33,000 bases of DNA from Anaerolineae bacterium (GCA_041559215.1 JBFFDV010000002.1:1-33000); one strand, 5' to 3'. Counted from the first letter of the stretch, positions 6,825-16,398 are shown. The notes: generated from the sequence alone by a model not told the origin. Numbers and translations: made by a program.

Positions 6825-8210
6825 ATGAGATTGACCCTGATTTACAGTGGAGGAGGCATAAACGGATTCAACAGCGCTGGCAAGGGCATGTCTGGGGGGT
6901 GGATAGGCCACGGATTAGCCTTGCTGGCCGCGTGCGCCAAGGAGGCGGGCCACGAAGTTAATCTGATAGATCGACGAGCCTTGCGAGATTGGGACCACTT
7001 CCGCCAGGAGGTGGAGAAGAGGGCTCCGGATGTCGCAGGGTTCAGCATGATCAGTGTGGACTTCAACCCCGCCACGAAAGGCATCGAACTGGTTAAGCAG
7101 GTGAATCCCCAGGTCATCACTGTAGTCGGCGGTCCTCATCCCACTCTGGCGCCCGACGAAGTGTTGAGTAACCCGTTGGTGGATCATGTGGTGATGGGTG
7201 AGGGTGAGATATCCTTTATCGAGATGCTGCGCAAGTTTGAGCGCGGTGGGAAGGTGGACCGACTGATCCATGGCGAGAGGCCTGACCTGGATCAATTGCC
7301 TTTCGCCGATAGGGACATATACCTGGACGAGTGGCGCAAGGCGGGTTACGACTATGACTCTCCGGAGGCCCCTCTTTCAGCAGAAACCCCTCCTCCGTTT
7401 GTGACTATCATCGCTGGACGGGGCTGTCGTTATAACTGTAGCTTCTGCAAGCCAGGCGAAGACATCCTCTTTGGCAAAGGTGTGAGACGACGTAGCGTGT
7501 CTCATGTCATAGGGGAGCTAAAGCAACTGCGAGACAAATATCACTTCAGCACCCTCATGATCCATGATGACTGCCTGACCGAAGATCGAGCATGGGTGAC
7601 GGAGTTTTGCGACGCCTACCAGGCCGAAGATTTCACTCAGTCCTTCTGGTGCCAGGCGCGTGTTGACCATGTGGTGAGACATGAGGATATGATCAAGCGC
7701 ATGGTCGACGTGGGGTTGGAGGGGCTTTTCTTGGGTTTCGAAAGTGGCAGTGATCGTATCCTCAGGTTCATCCGCAAGGGGACGACAGTGGCCAAGAATC
7801 TGGAAGCAGCGCGTATCTGTCGAAAATATGGCATTCGCATCTGGGCCAACTACATGCTAGGGCTGCCCACGGAGACGGAGGAGGAGATCGGGCAGACGAT
7901 CGCCATGATGAAGGAGATTGACCCGGACTATTATAGCCCTGCCTTCTACACGCCGTATCCGGGCAACGATCTCTATGACTATTGCATGGAGCATGGCCTC
8001 TCACTTATCACGGACCATGACAGTTACAGCCGCAATCCCACTGAGCCCAAGATCAAGGGGCACAATCGCGAATTTCTCAGGTGGGCTTTGAAAGAATCTC
8101 AGCGCAGAAAGCTACGCAATACCTTCAAGCGAAAGATCAGATATTTCCTGAAGCGTTACGCTTCACCCCGCAAGGCGATGCGCAAGGTAGGGAAGATGCT
8201 AGCTGCTTAG
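6825..8210 (+). CDS. B12-binding-domain radical SAM enzyme (class B rSAM), substrate unknown
   Basis: N-terminal Rossmann-like B12-binding region, then the CxxxCxxC cluster motif GRGCRYNCSFC. Confidence 0.8.
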   Translation: MRLTLIYSGGGINGFNSAGKGMSGGWIGHGLALLAACAKEAGHEVNLIDRRALRDWDHFRQEVEKRAPDVAGFSMISVDFNPATKGIELVKQVNPQVITVVGGPHPTLAPDEVLSNPLVDHVVMGEGEISFIEMLRKFERGGKVDRLIHGERPDLDQLPFADRDIYLDEWRKAGYDYDSPEAPLSAETPPPFVTIIAGRGCRYNCSFCKPGEDILFGKGVRRRSVSHVIGELKQLRDKYHFSTLMIHDDCLTEDRAWVTEFCDAYQAEDFTQSFWCQARVDHVVRHEDMIKRMVDVGLEGLFLGFESGSDRILRFIRKGTTVAKNLEAARICRKYGIRIWANYMLGLPTETEEEIGQTIAMMKEIDPDYYSPAFYTPYPGNDLYDYCMEHGLSLITDHDSYSRNPTEPKIKGHNREFLRWALKESQRRKLRNTFKRKIRYFLKRYASPRKAMRKVGKMLAA

Positions 8211-8229
8211 TTGGGAGGGAGGGGGTGAG

Positions 8230-8457
8230 ATGGCAAATCCATTTGGAGCCAAAAAGACGGGCTACGAACGGGTCCTCCAAGCCATAGGCCGCTTGGCAGA
8301 GAGACAGAGACTGCGTTATATCTGCGTCCTGGAGGTCGAGGGAGGTATAGTGCTCCAGGGACAGGCTCTTATCGCCACCAGAGGTGGATATGACCTTGTT
8401 CCCAAGACTCAGGAGTTCAGTCGCGAGGATCTGGAGAAGCTGGTAAGCGAGTTGTGA
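8230..8457 (+). CDS. Small protein of unknown function (75 aa), paralog of the next ORF
   Basis: Strong RBS GGGAGGGAGGGGGTGAG. It shares Y-x2-VL-x2-IG...I-x-[IV]-[IL]-E-x-E-x-G-[IL]-[IV]-x-QG with ORF 8492-8740. Confidence 0.65.
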   Translation: MANPFGAKKTGYERVLQAIGRLAERQRLRYICVLEVEGGIVLQGQALIATRGGYDLVPKTQEFSREDLEKLVSEL

Positions 8458-8491
8458 ACCAGAGATTACAGGTAAAGAAGGAGGCAGGAGG

Positions 8492-8740
8492 ATGCAGAAG
8501 CTTTTCCGGGGCATGGCCAGGACCGACTACCAGGATGTCTTGAGAACTATCGGTCATTACCTTGATCATCACGGTTTCACCGACATACGCATCATCGAGA
8601 CGGAGGATGGCTTAATATTTCAGGGCAGGGTCAGTAAGCAGGGGATCAGCGGAGCGAAGACGGAGACTTACCGTCTCACCATCCAGGATATCAAGGATTT
8701 GATGGAGAAGGCTCATGCTCGTAGGGGCAGGAGGCTGTAA
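8492..8740 (+). CDS. Small protein of unknown function (82 aa), paralog of the previous ORF
   Basis: Strong RBS AAGGAGGCAGGAGG. Same conserved core as ORF 8230-8457, plus a basic tail ARRGRRL. Confidence 0.65.
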   Translation: MQKLFRGMARTDYQDVLRTIGHYLDHHGFTDIRIIETEDGLIFQGRVSKQGISGAKTETYRLTIQDIKDLMEKAHARRGRRL

Positions 8741-8777
8741 ATTCGCACGGCGACTCGTCCTGAGGGGGGTATAGATC

Positions 8778-9803
8778 TTGAAAAGTTTGCTCATTACCGG
8801 TGGCGCGGGTTTTATTGGCAGTAATTTCGTACACCATGTTCTGGACAAGTATCCAGACCACGAAGTGGTCGTCTATGATAAACTGACTTACGCTGGCAAC
8901 CTAGATAACTTACAGGATGTGGCTGATGACCCCCGATATTCCTTCGTCCGGGGGGACATCTGTGACATGGAACTAGTTCAGGAGGTCATCCGGGAATACG
9001 AGATCGAGGGTATTGTCAACTTTGCCGCAGAGACCCATGTGGATCGCAGCATCCTCGAACCGGGCAGCTTCATCCGTACCGATGTCTATGGCACTCATGT
9101 TCTCCTGGAAGCGGTTAGGAACTTCGGGTTAGAGATGATAGTGCATATCTCCACCGACGAGGTTTACGGCAGTGTCGCCGAGGGATCCTCGGTGGAAACC
9201 CACGGTTTGCTGCCCAACAGCCCCTATTCCGCCAGCAAGGCAGGGGCAGATCTGATGTGTCGCGCTTATCATGTCACCTATGGCGTTCCAGTGGTCATCA
9301 CACGGGGCTCAAACAACTTCGGGCCTTACCAATATCCGGAGAAGGTGATCCCTCTTTTCATCACCAATGCCTTGGTCGATGAGCCGTTGCCCCTTTATGG
9401 CGACGGGCTCAATGTGCGAGACTGGCTGTATGTTCTTGACCATTGTGAAGCGATCGATTTGATGTTGCACGAAGGGCAGGATGGGGAGATATACAATGTC
9501 GGTGGCGGCAACGAACTGACCAATATGCAGTTAACAGAGGCCATCCTGGAACTCATGGGCAAGCCGAAAAGCCTTATCAGGTTCGTAGAGGATCGTCCAG
9601 GCCATGACAGGCGGTACTCCCTCGATTGCACGAAAATCCACGAATTGGGCTGGCAGCCGAGACATAACTTTGCAGAGGCCCTGGAAGCAACGGTGCGCTG
9701 GTATGCCGACAACCGTTGGTGGTGGGAGAAGATTAAGACGGGGGACTACGCCAGCTACTATCAGAGACAATACGGCGCACGGCGGGTGCTCAACGGTCGC
9801 TAA
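8778..9803 (+). CDS. rfbB: dTDP-glucose 4,6-dehydratase
   Basis: TGGAGFIGSNF NAD-binding motif, catalytic YSASKAG and full-length family resemblance. TTG start preceded by GAGGGGGG. Confidence 0.9.
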   Translation: MKSLLITGGAGFIGSNFVHHVLDKYPDHEVVVYDKLTYAGNLDNLQDVADDPRYSFVRGDICDMELVQEVIREYEIEGIVNFAAETHVDRSILEPGSFIRTDVYGTHVLLEAVRNFGLEMIVHISTDEVYGSVAEGSSVETHGLLPNSPYSASKAGADLMCRAYHVTYGVPVVITRGSNNFGPYQYPEKVIPLFITNALVDEPLPLYGDGLNVRDWLYVLDHCEAIDLMLHEGQDGEIYNVGGGNELTNMQLTEAILELMGKPKSLIRFVEDRPGHDRRYSLDCTKIHELGWQPRHNFAEALEATVRWYADNRWWWEKIKTGDYASYYQRQYGARRVLNGR

Positions 9804-11526
9804 ACGTGACCACGATACGATGCACGCCTGAGGGGGCCTGAAAAGCACAATAACTGTCTTCCACGAGAGTCTCCACATGATGGGATACTGATGATCCATC
9901 GATGGAGACTTTTTCTACCTCTTTGCCCAGGGGGAGAAGGAGCCTGATATTCAGAGGACTGGGGTGGTTTGAACCATAATCGAGGACAATTAGACCAGGA
10001 TCATATTGGTAGTCATAGGAGGCGTAGAAGCCACTGGCTGGCTGAAGGGCGCGGACTCGGGCTTCATGTTTTCCAAGACGAGGCTGTAATCTTATCCCAT
10101 CCTCTTCTATCGCAACCCCAAAAAGCCCACGAACGATGGCTTCTCCCATGGTAGCTGCTGCACTGGCATAGTTCTCAGCACCCCATCCCTCGCCGGTCTG
10201 TGGCATTTGCCATTCGAAGATGTTCTGGGGATGCCGCGCCCAATCCTGAGCCACCATCCTGAGATGGGCCAGAGCCAGGGAGGAACACCCGCTCTCGAAC
10301 TCCGCCGCTATCTGCACACCGCCCCACCAGTCCCAGAGACCGCCGTTCTGATACTCTCCTGGGGGCATCTGAACGTGGGCGAAGAATCCAGCGGGATAGG
10401 GAGGATACAGGCTGACCCCAGGCTTGCTGGCCCCCGCAGCCAACCGCACCTCTTCCAGATTAGTGAAGATCTCTCGACCTTGTTCAGGATTAGTGAGGCC
10501 TATATAGGCCGCCAGGGCATTGCTGATACCTATCATCTCCTCCTCTGGAAAAGGGTGTGCCAGTGGGGTCACATGCAAATGGAGGCGGTAGAACCCTCTT
10601 TGCGGGTTCCACAGGTTCGCGTTCATGGCGAGGCGTAGTTGCTCAGCTCGTTGCTGGAGATTGTGGGCACGCTGTTCATCTTCTACGACGTGGTTCATCT
10701 CCGCCAGTTCAAGGAGGGCGCGGTAGGCCAGAGCCTGATCATAGACAGAGCAGGTCCAGTGATCGGTGACCGGATCCAGATCTGTAGGGTTGGGAGAGGA
10801 CTCGAACTTAACATCGCCCCAGTCGGTGGTGTGGCCGCGCTTGATTAGTTGATGAGCATTGTCGAAGCGGTGCGTGAAAAGCCAATCAAGCGCTCGGTTC
10901 AAGCGGGCGATGACCGGTTCTCCGGCCAGTGGCTTTCGCAACCAGTCCGTGCCGCCAATGGCGCGGTAGTAAGAGTATGCAGCGTGGATCAGATGGGTTT
11001 CCTCGTCGGAGACGACGGTGGCTTTGTCGAGATGGCCGTCGGGGCTTATGACCGCGCTGATTGCCCCATCGCCAGGGAGATCGCCATCTATGCTCTCCGT
11101 ATTGGGGCCGTACTGGCGACGCAAGAACTCCTCGATAGGGGGCCTGAGATACTCCTCACTATAGAAATATTGCAGGCCAGGCATCATGGTGGAGGTATCG
11201 CGGACGAAGATCATGCCATACTCTTGGGCTGGCAGGAGGCCGAAAATGGGACCTTCAATCCCTTCGAACCTGGTCTCGCAGAGTTGGAAGGTGTATAGTA
11301 TGTTTTCCCGCATGGCTTCGATGGCGGGATAGTCAGGGATGTACCAGACCGTTGCCGTTGGTGGATAGCCCAGTTGGCTGTAATCTATGGGCGACTGGGT
11401 GATGGAGAAGTGCCCTCCTTTGGAAGAGACCAACAGTCGCGATATGATGACCGCTGTTAATACAGTGGAGAGAAGGACAAAGACGACGATAGCCTGCTTC
11501 TTGGATTTGCGCTTTGTCACGAACAA
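9790..11526 (-). CDS. Membrane-anchored (alpha/alpha)6 six-hairpin glycosidase-like protein
   Basis: N-terminal anchor KKQAIVVFVLLSTVLTAVIISRLLV. The large domain carries aromatic/acidic motifs such as EYQNGGLWDWWGG and HTTDWGD. The TTG start directly follows the upstream TGA. The specific GH family is not assignable by eye. Confidence 0.6.
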   Translation of the reverse strand: MFVTKRKSKKQAIVVFVLLSTVLTAVIISRLLVSSKGGHFSITQSPIDYSQLGYPPTATVWYIPDYPAIEAMRENILYTFQLCETRFEGIEGPIFGLLPAQEYGMIFVRDTSTMMPGLQYFYSEEYLRPPIEEFLRRQYGPNTESIDGDLPGDGAISAVISPDGHLDKATVVSDEETHLIHAAYSYYRAIGGTDWLRKPLAGEPVIARLNRALDWLFTHRFDNAHQLIKRGHTTDWGDVKFESSPNPTDLDPVTDHWTCSVYDQALAYRALLELAEMNHVVEDEQRAHNLQQRAEQLRLAMNANLWNPQRGFYRLHLHVTPLAHPFPEEEMIGISNALAAYIGLTNPEQGREIFTNLEEVRLAAGASKPGVSLYPPYPAGFFAHVQMPPGEYQNGGLWDWWGGVQIAAEFESGCSSLALAHLRMVAQDWARHPQNIFEWQMPQTGEGWGAENYASAAATMGEAIVRGLFGVAIEEDGIRLQPRLGKHEARVRALQPASGFYASYDYQYDPGLIVLDYGSNHPSPLNIRLLLPLGKEVEKVSIDGSSVSHHVETLVEDSYCAFQAPSGVHRIVVTFSDR

Positions 11527-12846
11527 TCAGGGTGATTCACGGCGAGAGATAGCTACTTCGCCGCTTGGAGGCAGGCTCCTGTAGATAAGGTAAGCCATCC
11601 ACAGCGAGGCTGCCGTCAATAAGCTGCGGAATATGGCAATAACCGCCTTATAATTGGTGTATGACTGGATGATCATCTCCGGCGCGGGGAGGCGGGAAAA
11701 GAGGGTGGAGTTAAGGGGCAGGAATAGCCACCAGGTAGTCTGAGACCCCCAGTTGAGCAGATAAACGCTGTAGCCAGCAATTTGCACGAGGTGGAACCAA
11801 AGAAGTCTGGGTTGTTCCGCAATCTCCAGAGCCAAAAGGGGCAGAAGGGCGAAGAAGTATTGAGGGTTGAAGAAAGCCAGTGAGAACATCGTCAGAAAAA
11901 CCATCGCGGAATACTTACGGATCACCGCATAGGAGGACAGGTCTTTCTCCAGGCTACTGAACAGCAGAAGTCCGTAGGCGATAACGAATAGGACAAGCTC
12001 GTCGTGCAGGATGATCGGCAACTTGGCTGCCAATAAGAACTGTCCATGAGCGCGATCCAGCAGAGCAATCAGTTGGGGCAAGGCCCCGGAGACGAGGATC
12101 AGCAGGGCGACTCCGCCAAGGATGAGAGAGCCCAGGAGCAGGCGTTTTTGCTGCCTAAGTTGCCTGAAGGTCCCTATGAGGAAGAAAGGGGCTAAAACCG
12201 CATCTATTACGCGCGAAAGCAAAGCGAGGGTCAGTGCTGCCAGGGAAGAGAGGGGGCTGAAACGGCGATAGAAGTACAGGCTTATTAAGACGAAGAAGCC
12301 AGCTACTACATCGTAGCGGCCATAAACATAAGAAATGTATAAACCAATGGGGTTAAACATCCAGAAAGCGAAGGCGATGATCGTCTCCCGAGATCTCTTG
12401 CGCAACAGGGCGAGCAACAGGAACGCGGAGGCCAGGTCGAAGGCCAGATGGGGCAGTTTCAGAAGAAATAGGGTTAGATGGATTCGTGGCGCACTGGCAA
12501 TCTGCACCCGCAACTCGAAGGCTCCCTGATATTCCTCCTGACCCATCAGCCTCCATTCGTCGGGCCAGACAACCTCAGGAGGAGCCAATGCTGGCCGAAA
12601 CAGCCATATGGTGGCGGTGTAGAGTAGATGGGGGATCGGTTGTATTGAGAGGTCTTTAGTGACTTCGCCGTGGAGGGCCAGCCGCTGAGCGTGATAAGTG
12701 ATCCAGAACAGGTCAGGGTGGAAGGCGATGGGCATCAGCATCACGCGAACCAACAAGCCCAATGCGAGCAAGATGATGATCGTCCTCTTGAAAGAACCAT
12801 CACCTGCTTGAAGAACGTAGCGGTATCGACTGAATGCTTCACCCAT
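11527..12846 (-). CDS. Polytopic membrane protein, GT-C-type glycosyltransferase-like
   Basis: At least 10 hydrophobic helices. AGGAGGAAGG RBS before the ATG at 12846 (internal to the 469-aa track ORF). Function is inferred from topology and context only. Confidence 0.55.
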   Translation of the reverse strand: MGEAFSRYRYVLQAGDGSFKRTIIILLALGLLVRVMLMPIAFHPDLFWITYHAQRLALHGEVTKDLSIQPIPHLLYTATIWLFRPALAPPEVVWPDEWRLMGQEEYQGAFELRVQIASAPRIHLTLFLLKLPHLAFDLASAFLLLALLRKRSRETIIAFAFWMFNPIGLYISYVYGRYDVVAGFFVLISLYFYRRFSPLSSLAALTLALLSRVIDAVLAPFFLIGTFRQLRQQKRLLLGSLILGGVALLILVSGALPQLIALLDRAHGQFLLAAKLPIILHDELVLFVIAYGLLLFSSLEKDLSSYAVIRKYSAMVFLTMFSLAFFNPQYFFALLPLLALEIAEQPRLLWFHLVQIAGYSVYLLNWGSQTTWWLFLPLNSTLFSRLPAPEMIIQSYTNYKAVIAIFRSLLTAASLWMAYLIYRSLPPSGEVAISRRESP

Positions 12847-12862
12847 TGAAGGAACCTTCCTC

Positions 12863-14869
12863 CTAGACTTTTTCCACCTTACAGCGCATATCCCTGTACG
12901 GTGGTGTGGCGGCCAGGGGATCATAGGCAAGATCATCTATCAACCAATTGGCGTTATGTGCTCCCGCCCAGCCATGAGGTATAGATACCGTACGGGGGTG
13001 TATGCCCTCACTCACTCTCACCTTCCAGATGGAGGCTCCCACTCTCGTCTCTATCCTCACCTCCTCTCCATCGGCAACACCTAGCTCCGAAGCCAAAGCC
13101 TGGCTTATCTCGGCCAAAGGTTCGGGATGAGCTTTGCGCAAAGCAGGAATGTTACGATGTTGAGAATGGTAGAAGTGAGGCACCCTGGCACCACTTATCA
13201 GATAACAAGGGTATGTGGGATCATCGGGCCAGTCCAGCGGCGCTGCGGGCAGTGGATCATAGCCGCTCTCCTCAAGGGCCCGGCTGAACAGTTCGATTTT
13301 CCCCGTCGGCGTTGCGAAACCTTTCTCCAGCACCTGCCCAGGAGTTGTAGGCTCGCCAGGCTCATCTCTGGTCCACCCTGCTCTCTCCAGAACCGCCTCG
13401 ACCAGTTGCTTATCGCTGGCGAAGAGGAAGAACTCACCATAGCCCAGTCTCTGGCCCAGCAGGGAAAAGAGCTTCCATTCTGGGAGGGCTTCATATAAGG
13501 GTTCCACCACCGGAAGCCTCGTCCGCACCGGATAGTCCCGCCGTAACGACTGCACGCTTATCTCCGCTTTCTCCAGAAAGGTGCAAGCAGGTAAGACCAC
13601 ATCGGCCAACTGCGTGCTATCGTTCATGAAGAGCTCGTGTATCACCAGTAGGTCTAGCTTATCTAGCGCTTGTAATACCTTGCCGGTATTGGGGAAGCAA
13701 GATAGGGGATTGCCTTCGACCACGACGAGGCCTCGCAGTGGATAAGGCTTCTCGCTCAAGATCGCTTCTGGCAGGTAGCCACTGGCGTCTCTGGCCAGGG
13801 GAAACTTGTCCCTCCAGAAGCTTTGTGAGGGTCGAGGCAGTCCTTCGGGCAGGGGCAGGCTTTTCAGGCTGCGGTAAGGGGTGAGCATCAAGCCTCCGCG
13901 CAGATCAACATTACCGGTAATGGCCAGAAGGATAGCCATCGCCCGCAGAGTCTGGCTGGCGGTATGGCTGTGCTGGACCCCTTCCCGTCGATCCAATGAG
14001 GCTGGTCTGGTAAGGGCGAAACCCTTGGCCACCTCTTGTATGGTCTTAGCAGGGATATCGGTGATCGCCTCTGCCCACCGAGGCGTATGAGGTATGATAT
14101 GCTCCGCCAACTCATCGAAGCCAGATGTGTGTGTGTCGACGAATTCTTTATCGTATAAGTCACCCTTGATTATGTGGTGGATCATGCCTAAGGCCAACGC
14201 AAGGTCGGTGCCTGGTCTTATCTGAATATGGAGGTCGGCTTTGGCAGCCATAGGCGTGAGACGAGGGTCAATGACCACCAGCTTGGCCCCCCTTTTTCGC
14301 GCGAACATTATATCGGCGCTGATACCATGGTAGCGGTGGAGGTGGGTGACCCAAGGGTTTGTACCCCAAAGGATGATATATCTGGCGTTCTTTAGGTCGC
14401 ACCAAGGCATGGGTGGACGGCCAAAGGTTTTGTTGTACGCGAGAATCTTGGGCCCCACACATACCGACCAAGTGCCGGTGACATTAGGGGTGCCGTAGAG
14501 CCCGGCTAGGCGCCGGAGTAGCATAGTGTCCAGGATGCGGGCCGTGGTCCCCTGATAGAGGACCAAGGCCTGCGGGCCGTACTGGGCTTTTATTCTCTCC
14601 ATTTTGTCGGCGATGAAATCTATGGTCTCTTCCCAGGAAACCCGTTGGAACGCTCCTGTCCTGGCTTTCCTGAGTAGGGGATGGTGCAAGCGATCCTTGG
14701 CATACAGGATTCGTGGGGCGTTCCGTCCCTTAACGCACAGTTTGCCCCGACTCCATTGGTCTTCGGGATCGCCCTCTACCTTGACGACCTTGCCATCCTC
14801 GAGATGGACAATCATGCCGCACTCGGCGCGGCAGATCTGGCAGAAAGTCCACGCAGTATCTTTGGCCAT
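12863..14869 (-). CDS. Molybdopterin-dependent oxidoreductase (MopB/DMSO-reductase superfamily), cytoplasmic, standalone
   Basis: AAGGAG RBS before the ATG at 14869. N-terminal 4Fe-4S motif CQICRAECG...CVKG, no Tat signal, and a candidate Mo-ligand Cys in TWSVCVG. The 778-aa track ORF is an upstream over-extension. Confidence 0.8.
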   Translation of the reverse strand: MAKDTAWTFCQICRAECGMIVHLEDGKVVKVEGDPEDQWSRGKLCVKGRNAPRILYAKDRLHHPLLRKARTGAFQRVSWEETIDFIADKMERIKAQYGPQALVLYQGTTARILDTMLLRRLAGLYGTPNVTGTWSVCVGPKILAYNKTFGRPPMPWCDLKNARYIILWGTNPWVTHLHRYHGISADIMFARKRGAKLVVIDPRLTPMAAKADLHIQIRPGTDLALALGMIHHIIKGDLYDKEFVDTHTSGFDELAEHIIPHTPRWAEAITDIPAKTIQEVAKGFALTRPASLDRREGVQHSHTASQTLRAMAILLAITGNVDLRGGLMLTPYRSLKSLPLPEGLPRPSQSFWRDKFPLARDASGYLPEAILSEKPYPLRGLVVVEGNPLSCFPNTGKVLQALDKLDLLVIHELFMNDSTQLADVVLPACTFLEKAEISVQSLRRDYPVRTRLPVVEPLYEALPEWKLFSLLGQRLGYGEFFLFASDKQLVEAVLERAGWTRDEPGEPTTPGQVLEKGFATPTGKIELFSRALEESGYDPLPAAPLDWPDDPTYPCYLISGARVPHFYHSQHRNIPALRKAHPEPLAEISQALASELGVADGEEVRIETRVGASIWKVRVSEGIHPRTVSIPHGWAGAHNANWLIDDLAYDPLAATPPYRDMRCKVEKV

Positions 14870-15113
14870 GAAATCTCCTTGCCACCTCAGGTCACAGGCT
14901 ATATTATAAGTCGCCCATCGCTGTCGAGCAAGCGATCTGTCTCCTACTACCGTGCTACCGCTGTGCTTGCCCGCCTGGGCTTGGGCAGTGCTGGGTCTAT
15001 CACTGTCGTATGGTGTTTCTCTGCGAGGCCAAAGAGCGACTGCGACACGAATGGGTTTTAAGGTTAGGGCTTTTCTGTTCTTTTGGCGAGAGCTGTGGTA
15101 GAATGCCCACAGG

Positions 15114-15959
15114 ATGATCGAGTTTGCCATCTCCACCAGCTTTATCAGGGCGGACATATCGAGGCTGAAGGAACTTATTAGGCTGGGTGGTTTCCGCAAG
15201 CTGGAGATTGGCTTCTATGATGAGGAGATGTTGCCTCTGGTCATGGATTTCGCGAGAGGAGAGGGTCTTAGCTATGGCTTCCACGACCCGTTGCCACGCT
15301 TGCCCTCCGACAGCTATCCTTTCCTCACTGACCCCGATGACGATAAGCGCTGGCGCACTTTGGATTCAATGCACCGCACGCTGCAAACCGCCATCAAGTA
15401 TGGGGCGAAATATGTGATCGGCCATATCCCCTCAGTCATCTGGGAGCCCAGCGCGGACCTCAGCAAAGCCGACATCATGCAGTTGGCTCACGATAGCTCC
15501 GACCAACTGGCCCTTTGGAGTAGGGAAGCTGGTATCCCTTTCGTCCTTGAGAATGTGGGTCCCAACCCCTATTTCTTCGAGATCGAGGCCTTCATAGAAG
15601 TCATGGAAGCTCATCCCGACTTGAGGTTCTGCCTGGACATCGGTCACCTGCATCTGATGTCCATCTACGCTGGGCTCGACTCGTTAGAGTTCGCCACGAA
15701 GCTGGCCCCTTATACTTGGATCATTCACATCTACAACGCAACCCCGGAGATGTATCGCAAGTATCACCATGTTCCCGTTCACCCCTCGCAGCGGCCGGAG
15801 GAGGGATGGGCGGATATCCCTGCCATATTGGAGTGCGTGTTAGGGAGCAGGGAGCGCGATCTCATCCTAGTCTTCGAGTACTCCCCCGAATATCCCGCAG
15901 ATGGGACCTTCATGAGGCAAGGGATAGAGTGGGTTAAGGAGGCCGTGGCAGGAGAGTGA
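15114..15959 (+). CDS. Xylose-isomerase-like TIM-barrel protein (sugar phosphate isomerase/epimerase family)
   Basis: Family-like length (281 aa) and overall resemblance, with a GHIP segment and ...DIGHLHL... The assignment is approximate. Confidence 0.6.
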   Translation: MIEFAISTSFIRADISRLKELIRLGGFRKLEIGFYDEEMLPLVMDFARGEGLSYGFHDPLPRLPSDSYPFLTDPDDDKRWRTLDSMHRTLQTAIKYGAKYVIGHIPSVIWEPSADLSKADIMQLAHDSSDQLALWSREAGIPFVLENVGPNPYFFEIEAFIEVMEAHPDLRFCLDIGHLHLMSIYAGLDSLEFATKLAPYTWIIHIYNATPEMYRKYHHVPVHPSQRPEEGWADIPAILECVLGSRERDLILVFEYSPEYPADGTFMRQGIEWVKEAVAGE

Positions 15960-15960
15960 G

Positions 15961-16398
15961 CTATCGCTGGAGAAGGATGGTCACGGGCCCGTCATTGTGA
16001 ATCTCCACCAGCATCATCGCTCCGAAGATCCCCGTTTCAACGTGCAAGCCTTCTTTCCTCAAGAATCCCACGAACTTCTCCACCAGCGGCTCTGCCACCT
16101 CGGGCGGCGCTGCCTGAGTGAAGCTCGGTCGCCGACCCTTCCGGGCATCGCCATATAGTGTGAACTGAGATACCACCAGAGCATCAGCCTCCACTTCTAG
16201 GGCAGAAAGGTTGAACTTGCCCTGATCGTCGGAAAAGACACGCAGGTTGGCCACCTTGTTTGCCAAGAACCTGGCCTCTGTCTCGCCATCATCGTGGGTC
16301 ACGCCCAGAAGCACGACCAACCCTCGGCCGATACTGCCCACTACTCTCCCTTCCACGGAAACTGAAGCTTTAATTACTCTTTGGACTACTGCACGCAT
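15961..16398 (-). CDS. dtd: D-aminoacyl-tRNA deacylase
   Basis: MRAVVQRV...SQFTLYGD...NDGPVTILL, 145 aa, canonical Dtd. Confidence 0.92.
   Translation of the reverse strand: MRAVVQRVIKASVSVEGRVVGSIGRGLVVLLGVTHDDGETEARFLANKVANLRVFSDDQGKFNLSALEVEADALVVSQFTLYGDARKGRRPSFTQAAPPEVAEPLVEKFVGFLRKEGLHVETGIFGAMMLVEIHNDGPVTILLQR

Noticed and set aside
9969-11298. Series of plus-strand ORFs (9969-10154, 10207-10638, 10557-10848, 10849-11298)
   Set aside because: They are antisense to the continuous 578-aa minus-strand gene, fragmented across frames, and have no RBS.
14127-14138. (TG)5 microsatellite inside the molybdoenzyme gene
   Set aside because: It is short, in frame and within a conserved enzyme. 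There is no evidence that it acts as a phase-variation tract.
12863-15199. 778-aa version of the molybdoenzyme ORF, and the 403-aa (17215-18426), 469-aa (11527-12936), 298-aa (18201-19097), 206-aa (20518-21138), 159-aa (27987-28466) and 153-aa (28417-28878) track versions
   Set aside because: The N-terminal extensions have low-complexity or Arg-rich composition, overlap neighbouring genes or promoters, and lack RBSs. Internal starts preceded by GGAGG-type sites restore the family-typical N-termini.
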